The notes below the pieces were generated by a model that ran no database searches, had not been told where the DNA came from, and saw nothing but the letters and a program-made list of their open reading frames with translations. The translations under genes were made by a program, and so were the position numbers. Below are positions 27,337-39,400 of a stretch of 64,000 bases of DNA, in pieces. Source of the stretch: Camelus ferus (lineage: Eukaryota); contig NC_045697.1 in the NCBI RefSeq assembly GCF_009834535.1, forward strand, positions 59,894,001-59,958,000, in the 5' to 3' direction. Position 1 is the first letter of the stretch. Each line of letters opens with the position of its first letter.

Positions 27337-28959
27337 CAGTGTTGGAACTCATCATATAAATGGAGTGCTAAAATCAAAATGACTTGTTTATTTTCAGAAA
27401 ATAAACGCTTACTCTATTTTTGGAGATACAAACCAGACCTCTACATTTGAGAGCCCTTATAACAATACATGTACCTTATGTGATTAAAAAATTAGCAACT
27501 CCCTTTTGATCCACAAAGAATTAAATGTAATTTATCAAAACAGGCATAGGAGAGAGTATTGTTCACAGGGAGAGAACAGCTGGAGAGACAGGGAAAGTCC
27601 AGGTAAAACGGACAAGGAGAAGCCCTGATCTCGGGCCTTTCCCAGAAGCCAGTGGTCGAGGCAGAGTTAGATGAGAAGTCAAGATGTAGTGCTTATACAG
27701 GTGACAAAATAGATGACAAGGCCGTGGGGAAAAGCTTTACAAGAATTTATGGAAGCAGGCCATACATAATACCAGAGATGCAAGCAAGATGAGTGTCAGA
27801 AATGAGACAAGCAGTTGAGAAATCAGAAAGGAGCCAGCAGTGACAATGAGAAGTAGAAGGAGCCGTGATATTTACCTCAGACGGAAAACTTGCAAAGACC
27901 TCCTGGGATAGCAAAAGCCAGTTCTAGGAAACAGTCTGAATGTGCTGTGAAGGTAGGAGTCAGTGAGTCACTGCAGGACTATAGCAACCTGCTCAGACTA
28001 GGCATGTGTTGTAAAGAGTAGTTCTGACAGGAAGTGAACAGGCATGGATTTATGGACCATTTCATGAGGCTACAGGGAGTTGAGTTGCTCCCATAATGTA
28101 TAGCTGGCTGTATGACTTGTCTGAATCTGATGTTTACCAGTCACCTTGCCTTTAGGGTCTCTTTAGAGGAGTCAGGATGTGGGGCTGTTTATTTAAATGA
28201 GAGAAGACATATATTTGAAAAGGATCTTACAAGCATTTCTCTGTGACTTTAAAATGATCTGCTTTTTCTCACCCCCAGATGGAATGAAATTAGACTTTAA
28301 ATCTCATTACTGAGATTGAATGCTTCACCTGGATTATATCTGTTGAAAGGAATATAAATTCTTCACTCCCTTCCTGGGTTTTGGAAAGCCTGGCTAAGGA
28401 GACATACCTGTGGAAATGAGGAGGTTCTAACCTCATCAGTTTAAGTGGAGACCATTTAAATAATTACCTTGCACCAAGTAATATATTCTGCTGTCCTATG
28501 AATCAATGCCACTTTTTTATGTCTTTTCTTTTCATTTGTATTAATAACTTCAATATCCCTTTATTAAAGGTGACCCCCAAATATATAAAAGATTAATAAT
28601 GTCATTTCAGTGTACAGTGACTATGATTGAGTTATTAATATTCTTTGAATCCACAAAGAATGCTTACTACCTAATAACAGCATTTTCCTCTTTATTCTTA
28701 TTACTCATCGTTGGAATATATACTTTTGGGATATATGTTATGGGGAAAAAGCCATGAAAATATCCTCAAGGAAATTATAAACCTCAGAATAATACATAGA
28801 GACTTAAGTTTACTCTTTTATTTTACTCTACAGCCTAAATATTTCCACATTTAAAAATTATAAGCATATTCCTTTGTGAACAATTTTGGGCTTTGTTTTT
28901 GAGACAAGATATCCTATAATGAAAAAAATTTAAGAAAACCATGGGGATAGAGGGAATCA

Positions 28960-29175
28960 GTAAGTATTAAGCACCTACTATATAATAGCCCTCTCCTGCG
29001 CTATTTACAATCAATAAATCCTCACAACAGACCTGTGGGATATGGACTGTTAAACTCATTTTTCAGGATAAGGGAACAGACACTGAGGGGATAAACTCTG
29101 TCTAGGGTCACTCAGTGGGATAGTGGCTGGGTTTCACATCCAGGTCTCTTTAAATACAAAGTTCATGCTCTTACA
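28960..29175 (-). mobile_element. MIR SINE
   Basis: gtattaagcacctacta...aatcctcacaacagacctgtg...ctcatttttcaggataaggga. Confidence 0.75.
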
Positions 29176-29442
29176 GCCTGGGTAGCCAACAATGACTGTG
29201 TGACTTCTGGATTCTCAGGGAAGTGGGAAATGGAGCAGATCAAATACTAACACTTGAGCAATGGGGCTAGCAGCAGGGGAGGAATAGCGGTCATCTGGAA
29301 TAGATTGTAGTATTTTCTGTCCTCCTCCAACACACAGTCTGTATATAGGGGCAAGATGTTAAGTTTATTTTGGCACAGCTTTGAGCTAGTCTAAGAACTG
29401 GAAAACAAAAACAAAACTAAAGCTAGCATATTCAGTGAAATT

Positions 29443-29536
29443 AAAATTTTTTTATTTTAATGGAGCTACTGGGGATCAAACCCAGGACCTCGTGCATCTA
29501 AGCATGCATTCTACCACTAAGTTATACCCTCCCCTT
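29443..29536 (-). mobile_element. Vic-1-type camelid tRNA-derived SINE
   Basis: Reverse complement GGGGAGGGTATAACTTAGTGGTAGAATGCATGCTTAGATGCACGAGGTCCTGGGTTTGATCCCCAGTAGCTCC plus A-rich tail. Perfect 12-bp TSD ttcagtgaaatt at 29431-29442 and 29537-29548. Confidence 0.9.
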
Positions 29537-29561
29537 TTCAGTGAAATTCTTGGAAAGCCAT

Positions 29562-30046
29562 TGTGGTGTACCATTTACAAAAATGACCACAAATCTCCAC
29601 CCACTGCTATATCCACCCATTCTTTGCAATGCTACTCTTCCAATAGTTTCATCAGAAATTAGAATCTATTTACTCGCCTCTTTAATATGGGCTAGCCTTG
29701 TAACTTGCTTTGTTCAATAAAATATAGACAAAGTAATGGTGTGCCAGTTCCAAGATTTGATCTCAGAGAGCCTTGTGCTCTTCTACGTGTTCTTTTGGAT
29801 CCCACCATTGCCGTGTGATGAGCCTTCTCCAATAACAGCCAGATCACCAATAACCACTTGAAACTGACTTACCTAGAGTTGCAGCCTCCACTCAAACCCC
29901 CAGCTGATAGCAGATCCCAAAGTGAACCCAGGTGCAGAGACAAGTCTGAACCCCATCATCAGATGTACCCAACTGATCTATGACAATAATGAATATTTTT
30001 TTTAACTTTGGGGTGATTTGTTATGCAGCAGTAATTAGCTAGTATA
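29562..30046 (+). mobile_element. MLT1 (MaLR) solo LTR
   Basis: tgtggtg...aaaaatgaccacaaat, gggctagccttgtaacttgctttg, end tttggggtgatttgttatgcagcagtaa. Confidence 0.85.
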
Positions 30047-31347
30047 GGAGGTAAACTATATGGCTTAAAAAAAGCAACACATACTCAGGTACTCAAATTC
30101 ACTTCAGGCAAATAAATGAATGTCAGTGTTTATTGGTGAAAGCCAAGATGGCCTAGGAATTCTTTCATGCACATAACGTTTGACATTGGCACTATGTAGT
30201 ATTTTCTGATTGCTATAATTTCTAACATGACTCATAAATAAGAATAATTGTCTGGTATTTTATTATTTCTCAGAAGTGAGGAATTGGAGCAGGCAATGGA
30301 ATGTGGTGGTTTTTCCATCTGGAAATATTACATGGAAAATAATATCCAGGAGAATTTGTGTACAAATGCAAAGTTATGAGGATTATATGTAAATTTTAAA
30401 ATTTCACTGTCTAACTGTATATGATTTCTCTCACATATTATAAAAATGATTAATTCTCAGGTATTCTGTGGTTTTAACAACTGAAAAAAAAAATCACACT
30501 CTCAGCCTTCTATTTGTGTCCTACCTTTATTGACACGCCACTCTGAATGGGTCAAACCTGTCAGAAGTGTTACAAATTTTGAAATGAAAAGTCTGGCCAG
30601 AGAAAATAGATTCAGTTTCCACTGAGTAGAAGCATTTGAGGAAGCAGAAAACCAGTGTTCCCATTGTTTGTCATTAGAATTTAATGAACTGTTAGACAGA
30701 TTTGCATCAGTCAGAAGCGTTTTGATTTTCTAAATGTCTGGTACATAAAGTATTCTGCAAAATATGCACTATTGAGTAAAGTTTCATATTTATTTAAATA
30801 TTGTTAACCCTGCCTATTTCCCTTAACAATTTTAAGCTATCTGTGTTAACAATAGACATATAAAATAGGACTATTGAAATACACACCTGAAAGTGACACA
30901 AACATAGTTTAAAAGGAGGAAAAAATAAAATTACTCTAGAGATAGGATGACATGACTATTATAACTGAGTACAAATATGAGCTTTCAGTTTTCTGGGAGC
31001 TTAGGCATAGTAAGAGTTATTGAGGACTTATTAAGATTCTACTACATATTAGGCAATCCTTTAAGCAATTTATCTGTTTCATTTCACATAATCTACAACA
31101 CAATAATCCTATGATAGAAATACATAAGGTTGTATATTCTATTTTGTAGCAGAAGAAGTACAGGATTTATCACCAGATGCTCTAGTTCATATCCTGGCTT
31201 TGCTATTTACAAGCCATATAACATTCTCAGGCTTCAATTTCCTAATCATTAAAATGGAAGTAATAAATAACTCACTCATTTTTTATTTAATCATTCATGC
31301 AATTAACGTACATAGAATACTATTTTGCTACAAGATAGAGTTAGCTC

Positions 31348-31361
31348 GTGTGTGTGTGTGT

Positions 31362-31394
<33 letters not shown>
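31348..31394. repeat. Compound (TG)n/(GA)n microsatellite
   Basis: Seen directly. Confidence 0.9.
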
Positions 31395-31554
31395 AGGTAT
31401 ATTCAAAATACATAAACATGCCAAGTGTTTTCTACTCATCTTCTAAATCAGGAATGATTAACAAACCTGTAGGTAGCTCCCAGCCTACTGTCAAAGACAG
31501 GTAGTTATACAAATACTTAAGGGTCAAAAGAAAGTGTTTTATGTATAAGAAAGT

Positions 31555-32082
31555 GTATGAGTTTGATATTGCTATGTAGCAAATTACTAGGAACATAGTG
31601 GCTTAACCAATAACATTTACTGTCTTGAAATTTCTGTGAGTCAGGACTCCAGGCGTGGTTTAAGTGGGTCCTCTGCTCAGGGTCTCATAAAGCTACACTC
31701 AAGGTGTTAGCCAGGCTGCGTTCTCATCTGGAGGCTCCATTGGGAAAAAATCCACTTTTAAATACACTTAGGATGTTAATAGAATTTATTTCAGCTTCAT
31801 GGAGGACAGTGGGTTTTTCCCTGTTCCTTGTCATGCGGGCTTCTTCAACCTGGCTTTTTACTCCATCACACTCATAAGAAAAACCTCTAGCTCCAGTTTG
31901 CTAAGAATTTGTCTCATATGACATAACGTAATTACAAAGTGACACCATATCATTTTTGATTTATTTAGTTGATCAAAAGCAAGTCATGGGTCCTTCCAAG
32001 ACTCCAGAGAGGAGGGTTACTCAAAATTATAAACACTAGGAAGTGGGACTCGTGGAGAGTCACACTAGTTCTGTTTCTCACG
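31555..32082 (-). mobile_element. MLT1 (MaLR) solo LTR
   Basis: tttctgtgagtcaggactccagg...ctctgctcagggtctcataaagctacactcaaggtgttagccaggctgcgttctcatctggaggct. Confidence 0.85.
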
Positions 32083-32293
32083 CTAGTGTCTTTCTCTCAC
32101 AAATGCACAGAGAAGAGAATAAGAAATTTGACTCTAAAATGTGTCAGCGAGAGGCTTGTAACTAAAATGACAATACGACATTTGAAGCTTTAAAATATTG
32201 ATGAAATTTCACCTTGTGAAGTAGAATGACAGGAGGGGAGGTGAAAGTATTCCAGGTAAGTCTTGAGAAACTTATTAAGAGTAGGAATAATGT

Positions 32294-32471
32294 AGATAGA
32301 TATACAGGCTTCTTCTGTATAGCACAGGGAACTATGTTCAGTATTTTATAATAACCTATAATGATAAGGAATATGATATGAATATATGTACAGATATGTA
32401 TGACTGAAACATTACACCATTTGCCAGAAATTGACACAACATTGTAAACTGACTATACTTCAATTAAAAAA
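32294..32471 (+). mobile_element. Young, heavily 5'-truncated L1 (camelid-type 3' end)
   Basis: tgtatagcacagggaacta...gaaattgacacaacattgtaaactgactatacttcaattaaaaaaa. 17-bp TSD aagagtaggaataatgt / aagaataggaataatgt at a TT/AAGA site. Confidence 0.92.
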
Positions 32472-33429
32472 AAGAATAGGAATAATGTTTCATAGATCTT
32501 ATTATCCCTCAAAACTCTAATAGTGTCCTGATAGTTAGCAAGATCAATACATATTATTTTAATCTAATGATTTCACTTATGTACACATTATATTCTTACT
32601 TGATATTTCACATAAAGTAAAATTTACAATGAATACAATAAAAGGAAAATGTAAAACTTATAGCTAGTTATCTGATATTTTGGTTTTAAAGAAAATTCTT
32701 AAATTTAGATGACTTGATACTTATCAGTATTGTTCATATTTTTTACTTCACTTTTGCTTTCTAATTTGTAGTATGTTGTGTCCATGTTTTGAGCCGTTCT
32801 CAATTTGTCAAACTTTTTGTGTATTATCTATGTCTAAATCATATGAGTATCTTTTTCAACTGTTCAACTCAAAGATATTTTTACCAATATAGTCCAGTTA
32901 ATACTGTTCTTACCGAACCAACTAGATGAAGTGATAAGAAACAACTTCATCTTTAATCTATGATGCTGTGTTTGCTACTTGCCGAATCATGTTAGCCATG
33001 TTACAGAAACACAGTTTGGACTTTTCTTGTCTTTGACAGATGAATTTGAACTCATTGTATCTAACTACTAAATCAATCTATTCAGATATAAATTTAAAAT
33101 TAAAGCAAAAATAGAAATTATAATCTGAGCTGTTAAAATATTTTAAATTTTTTAGGCGGTCACAATAATATGGTGCATACTTTGAGAAAGCATTGTAAAC
33201 CTAGATCTATTATGACAATAAAACTTTTGATTGATAGAGAATTGTCAATTATGGTCTGATTAAAATATCAATAAATATAAACTATATTTTCATCTTTTTT
33301 CTTACTGATATAAATTCAGTGTTTGCCCCAAAGACTCATGTGATGCTTGCTTCTCATCTAAGTTATTGAAATATAATTATTGTAATTTAATTAAATGAAT
33401 ATAGAAATTCAGTCTTTCTCTAAGTAAAA

Positions 33430-33662
33430 GTACAAGTTCTGGGTCTAGGTCCTTAAATACAAATACTCTACCATTATGAGTTGTGTGATTTTAAGCAAAT
33501 TAATAAAACCTCCTGTTCTTCAATTTGCTTATTGTACATTTAGGATAAACATAATATCTCTCTCATATAGTTGTTTTGAGGTTTAAATGATTTGCTACCC
33601 ATAACAAATTTAAATAAGTGCATGAAGTTTCATGAGTACACAAAAATATTATTATTATTATT
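33430..33662 (+). mobile_element. MIR SINE
   Basis: ttgtgtgattttaagcaaattaataaaacctcctgttcttcaatttgcttattgtac...ttgaggtttaaatga, (ATT)n tail. Confidence 0.65.
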
Positions 33663-35460
33663 TTGTGAAATTTTGAAGATACAAAAAGCAATATATTTTT
33701 ATTTCTAGAAATATAAATGATTTATCTTTAGAAAGTTTAAAAAGATAACTGATTTTAACATTGCTAAAATATGCCTAAAATAATTTAAAGGCAAATTTGG
33801 AGCATGCTACTATGAATGTGATCTAAATCAGTAAGAAACAATACATTTGTCTGTAAGATTTTTGACGTTTTAGTAATCTATCATTTATATAACATTAATG
33901 CTTTATGACCTTCTCTTTCAACATATTTTTGAGAAATGTTTCTAAAAACTATGCAGTTAACCAAAATAAATATTTCTATTATCAAAATAATGTGTGTTTC
34001 TAGGACTTTAGTTTCCAAAAGTCATAGTATTTGTGAAAATTTATTTTAATTATGAAAACATCCTGAATGTTTAGGATGTAAATATCCTAAATATTTCTTA
34101 ATATTTAGTATATTCATTATATGAAAAATATATACTTCAGAAATTTATATATATTTTGAAAATCAAGTTAAATGTCTTGTGTTATCTTGGAAATGTTAGT
34201 CTCTCATTTATTTATTTGTTTATATTTTATAGTGTGCTGTCATCTTTCCAGAGCCAATAGATACAGTGGCTTGTTTCTGTTGCACATTGGGAGCAGTCAA
34301 AATTGATTTTTTACATTCTGTAGCTATTGGTTAGAAAATAAATCTTGTAAATTTCTATGAAGTCTTTTCATTTGCCAAAGTTATTTATTAAATATAAGTG
34401 ATCCCCTAACATTTTCAAACACACTTAAGTCTCTAAACTAGCTCTTTTAATTTATGCAGATGGCTAAACTCAGTCACAGTAAGCAAGAGTAAGATTCATA
34501 TTAGTTTTATATCATTAGTTTTACCTTATGTGTGTATATATACACATATAGAGAGAAAGAGATTGACCATATTGAATATATTTTTAGATGAATAAAAGTA
34601 GACTGTTAATAAATAATTAATAATGGTAAGTGTTTAAAGAAATATAATTTCTACAGGTTTATCATAGAACACACAACCAATATTAGATTAAGATGATTAA
34701 TGATATGATTAAATATTTTCCTATTTGATTCAGGAATTCTTTTAATCCATTAGAGAAATTTTACCTAATTACTCAGATTAGGAGAAATACCTCTTTTATG
34801 GTCTCAGAGTCCCATGTTTCTTTTCTTGTCATTTTTTTTTCAGACACAGATGTATGTATTGCTCTTTGTGTAAGTTTTTGACTGATATCTTCTTCTTCCT
34901 CTACTTGTAAGAGGGCAGAAAACATGTCTGTTCTTATCCATATTGAATCCCAGCAGTCAGGACCTGTCTGGCACATAGTAGCTGCTTAGTAATTGAATGA
35001 ATGAGTTAGGGTGTGAAATTTCTTATGGATGAAAGTTAAGCAGAAGTAGTGCATTTTCAGAACTTAAGCTTACTTAAATTCAGAAGAAAGATGTAGGCAC
35101 ATATAATGAACATTTTATAAAATATTTGGAAACAAAGCTAGAGGAATGTCCTACAGATAACCACTGAAATTGCTTCCAAATTCATCAAGAATATCACTGA
35201 TAATTCTGAAATAAAATTTTTTTCTGAAAGATATTTTTATCTCTAAAATTTTTGATTTTCAAAAATTTGTGTATTTTAAAATTTACAATAAATCTAAGTC
35301 ATAATCTCTTGCTCAGTGGTTCTTTTTTTATAAGCAATTCTCCTTATATCCTTATCTGTAACATAACATTTTTGCACTGAATACCAATGTGAAGAACTTA
35401 ATTTTTTTTTAATGGAATAGAATTACTTAAAGTGAAGGATCTGAGGCTTAAATTACTTAC

Positions 35461-35527
35461 CATCTGATTGCCCTTAGGCTCTTGCCTCAAGCTAGTGTTT
35501 CCTGACAGAGACATGAACTTTGTAACC
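35461..35527 (-). other. PTPRD: 67-nt spliced exon, probably an alternative 5' UTR exon (PTPRD candidate)
   Basis: Minus strand: branch ctctaat, cttgctttccccatttcttgtAG | ggttacaaagttcatg...gggcaatcagatg | GTAAGT. Unique sequence, same strand as the 42-nt exon. Gene identity is inference from recalled UTR exon sizes. Confidence 0.5.
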
Positions 35528-36224
35528 CTACAAGAAATGGGGAAAGCAAGATCAACCAGGGTAAATTAGAGCTCCCACTACTACCGTGGGCTTGCAAAGA
35601 ATCATCCAAGGTCCCTGGATTGCCAATTTTTAATATTGTATTGGGAACATTCACTTTTATAACAAACCCAACCAATGCTTCTTTTAAGTTCAGCTTATCT
35701 CCAGGGGTTTATTTCCAAATAATAAGAAACCTGTACCTATTTTACACTTGAAGGAAGTTTAATAATAAATGGAAGTTTTGTTCTATTAATGTTGTTTTAT
35801 TATCACTGTTCCAGTAGTTTTCTGAACTAAAACATGGAATAAAGTCAGTTGAATTCTACAATTTATGACTTGCTGTATTCTTTGTTTCAGTAATGGGATG
35901 TCTCCCTTCTTTCCTCTTAAATTTTCAGGGAGGCAAAAACAAAATAATACATATCTGAAAATGAAGTAAGTAATACATGGACAAGCATAATGGTGAACAT
36001 GTTGTCTTCATTCACTCACACATGCACAATTTATTTGTTGAGTTTTTAGGTGCTGGGGCAGCTAGTGGTTCTGGATATGGGGCAGGGGGGTTGCATACAC
36101 ACACATACACACACAACACACTGTTACCAAACATTGACACCCTATCAGGTGGAAAAGGCATTTAATTAAATAATGATTATAGAAGTGCCCAAATGATATA
36201 TGTCTTAAGGGGAATAAGAAATAC

Positions 36225-36450
36225 TTAAGCAATATATACTATTAGATACTGTTTTAAGTTCTTTGTGTATATTGGTTTGTTAAATCTAACATAAGGTCTG
36301 CATGGTAAGTGATATTATTACCCCCACTTAACAAATGAGAAAGCTGAAGTACAGGGAATGTAAATATGTAATTCAAGCCACACAACCAAGTAGGGAGTGA
36401 GGATCAGACCAGACGGACTCTGGAATCTGTGGACATAGTCACACTTAGAT
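36225..36450 (-). mobile_element. MIR SINE
   Basis: attattacccccacttaacaaatgagaaagctgaagtacaggga core. Confidence 0.75.
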
Positions 36451-36999
36451 TGCTCTAAGCATGCTGTAGGGTTATGGTGAGCATTTGACCTTGTATCCTA
36501 TATCCTACACAACCTCACAGCCATATGATGTTCAAGACTATGTTTGCAGAGGTAGTTCTCCTATATCCAGATGCTGAAGGTTAATAAAGTGTAGATGTGG
36601 TAGATGTGGAGGAGATGAGTAGTTCTAGACGATGACTAAGAGGTAATCTATAAATAAAAATAAAAGTAGATATTGAGGCCAAGATTTTGAATAAATAAAC
36701 ATTTCAAAGATTTTGAATGAATCAACACTTCACAGGCTTTTAAAATCTTATTTTTAAGGAGGTGGCTTTTAGGGTATTGGCTACAAAGTCCATGGACTAC
36801 CTGAATTCAAATGCTGGTTATCTATGTGGCCCTTTTACTGGCTGTGTGGCCTTGGACAAGTTGATTAACCTCTCTGACAATAACAGTACATACTATTTTG
36901 AGGATTAAATAACTTAATGTGTGTGATCATTTCTTGGTACTAGGAAAACAATAATAAACTCTTCTCAAATATAATACCACACTGAGTATAAAGAAAAAG

Positions 37000-37291
37000 A
37001 AAACAGACTGAATGGACAAACATACTTCAAATAAGGCTGCTTGTGTTCACACAGACGAGGGATTTATTATCTCCTACCCTAAACTTTATGTCTCAAATAG
37101 TTCACAGATTATTTTTACCAACTACTTAAAGGAACCAACAATTCCTATTTTATACAAGTTATATCAGCAATTAGATTTCAAAAAAGAAAAGGGCTTAATT
37201 TTCTTATGAGGCTAACATTCTTTTTTTTTCCTTTACTTTTTTTATTGAAGTATACTCAGTTGCAATGTGTCAATTTCTGGTATACAGCATC

Positions 37292-37344
<53 letters not shown>

Positions 37345-39400
37345 TTTATTTTCATATTCTTTTCATTAAAGGTAATTACAGATATTAATTATAGTTTCCT
37401 GTTGCTATACAGAAGTAATTTGTTTTTTCATTATATAAAAAGTTCGCTCCCATCTAAAAACAGAAACAGACTTGCAGATATAGTAAAACAATCTTATGGT
37501 TCACTTAGGAAAAATGGAGGCAAGAGATAAATCTGGTAAGTTTGAAAATTTGCAGATTTACCCTTCCATCCATTTTTCCCAGTAACCATAAGATTGTTTA
37601 CTATATCTGCAAGTCTGTTTCTATATTTTAGATGAGGAGGCTGACATATTCTTAATATAAATAATGCCATCATAGGAAAAAATTATAACTCTAATTTATG
37701 TAGAAACATAAATGTTAACTGTCTGAAGAAAATACAAATTAATTGAATTTAATAGCCTATTAAAAATGAATTCTAATCAACTGTTGCCTATATCATAAAG
37801 GTAAAAAGAGTCATAATTAAAATATTTAGCAATGCAATTCATCATATTAATAAAAAGTCTTATAATTAACAAGATTTTAAAACATATAATTCTACCCTGT
37901 TTATAGCTAAAAATAAAAAGAATGCTTAGACAAAATAAGGAGAGTAAAAATGCTTATATACCTGATGGAGAATCTTTAGACATATTATCTTTAAAAATAA
38001 ATACACCATAATAATGCTCACTATGGTGTCTGTGTTTTAGTTCAGTGTTAGAGGCTGTGACCAATGTTATATGAAAAGTATCAGATATGTAAACATAAGA
38101 AAATAAAAGAAAAGTGTCATTATATGTGAATTACATAATTATTCCTTTAATAAAATGCAATAAAATGAGGAAACAAAAATCTTGTAACCAAGATCAGCAA
38201 GTCTTAGTAAATTCTTACACATGCAATGTTTAAAATTAAACTTACAGTAAGTAACTATGTTTTCCTATGTCAACATTTCTGAAACAGAGATTGACTCTTT
38301 TCTCACTATTAAGGCAAAATACCAGTATATAGTAATCAGCCTGAAAAGCATGGAAAATATCTTAATGGATAAAGCATTTTAAATCTTATTAAGGTGCATG
38401 AAATATTTGAATTAATTTGATTATTATACAATATTTCTTACTGGGACACATAATTATTTTTGTAAATATATCCTCACAATTAAAATCTTCCAGTAAAAAA
38501 TCTTAGCTTGATTTTTTTTAGGAATTCTATACTCACTCTTATGTTTAAAAAATATAATAATAGTTAAGAAAGAGCTATTAGACTTTGAAAAAGAAGGTCA
38601 CAGAAGGAGGATTACCTTAATGTAGAGTGTTATACTAAAAAGTTGTAGAATAAAACCAGTTCACTTTATGAAAGTATAAGACTCAGATCAATGCAAAGAA
38701 TAAAATGTTGAGAATCAATCCAATGTCTATATATGTACTTGATACATGATAATGAAGGTGCTACACAGGGAGAAATACCAGATTGTTTAGCAGCTGGAGC
38801 TGGGAAAACTAAGTTTCTGTGGAGAAAATAAGCTCAGGCCTAGATTTTGCACCATATATAAAGAAGGATTCGGAAAATGAATAAAAATAATGAAGACGAA
38901 AAATATATGTATCCTAGAGGAAAGGAAAACTCATTGCCAAAAGAACAGACCTTATAAGATGAAAACTGATAAGCTGAATTTTATCCAGATTTCTCATCAA
39001 AGAAGAGCATCACTGATCATGAAGCCATTTTCCATGTTTCTGAAGACAGCTAGGTATCCATTAAAAGGGGAGTAGTTAAATGAAGTGTGCTGAATTCACG
39101 TGATGGAAGCAACATAACAGTAATTTACAACAGAGGTACAGCAACAGAGAGCTCAAGTTGTTGAGTGAGAAAAATAGGAAAAAATAATGCCAACCCTTAG
39201 TGTTATTTGTATACATATGAACATGCAAAATGTCACTGCTTATTTTACAGAGATACATACGAGCTAAGAACATATATCAAATATTTTAGAGTACTTGCCT
39301 TTGGAGGGGTGATGGCAGAAGTGGAAAAAAAACTAGAGAAGGGATTTACATGCACCTTGATGACACATGAGGTAGAAGAGTGTGGTCCCTGAACTATCTA
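37000..39400 (+). mobile_element. Ancient L1 (L1ME-like) ORF2/3' remnant, interrupted by a younger L1
   Basis: ORF 37012-37209 reads FTNYLKEPTIPILYKLYQQL, resembling L1 RT EFYQTFKEELIPILxKLFQ. Degenerate ORF2-like sequence continues after 37653. Confidence 0.7.
37223..37636 (-). mobile_element. Young truncated L1 with internal inverted duplication and (TA)n
   Basis: Antisense L1 3' end (ttttattgaagtatactcagt...); (TA)n ~37296-37338; TSD gaggctaacattctt (37208-37222) / gaggctgacatattctt (37637-37653). Confidence 0.88.

Noticed and set aside
29460..29534. tRNA-Ala gene
   Set aside because: A-rich tail, TSD and broken stems mark it as a SINE; the same applies to 62090-62173.
36680..36735. Short tandem duplications (also ~26345-26380, ~53776-53800, ~56300-56365)
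   Set aside because: Two or three degenerate copies with no spacers; ordinary slippage products.
37206..37530. YIYIYI-rich ORFs (also 40125-40331, 8509-8781)
   Set aside because: Translations of (TA)n or TA-rich low-complexity DNA.
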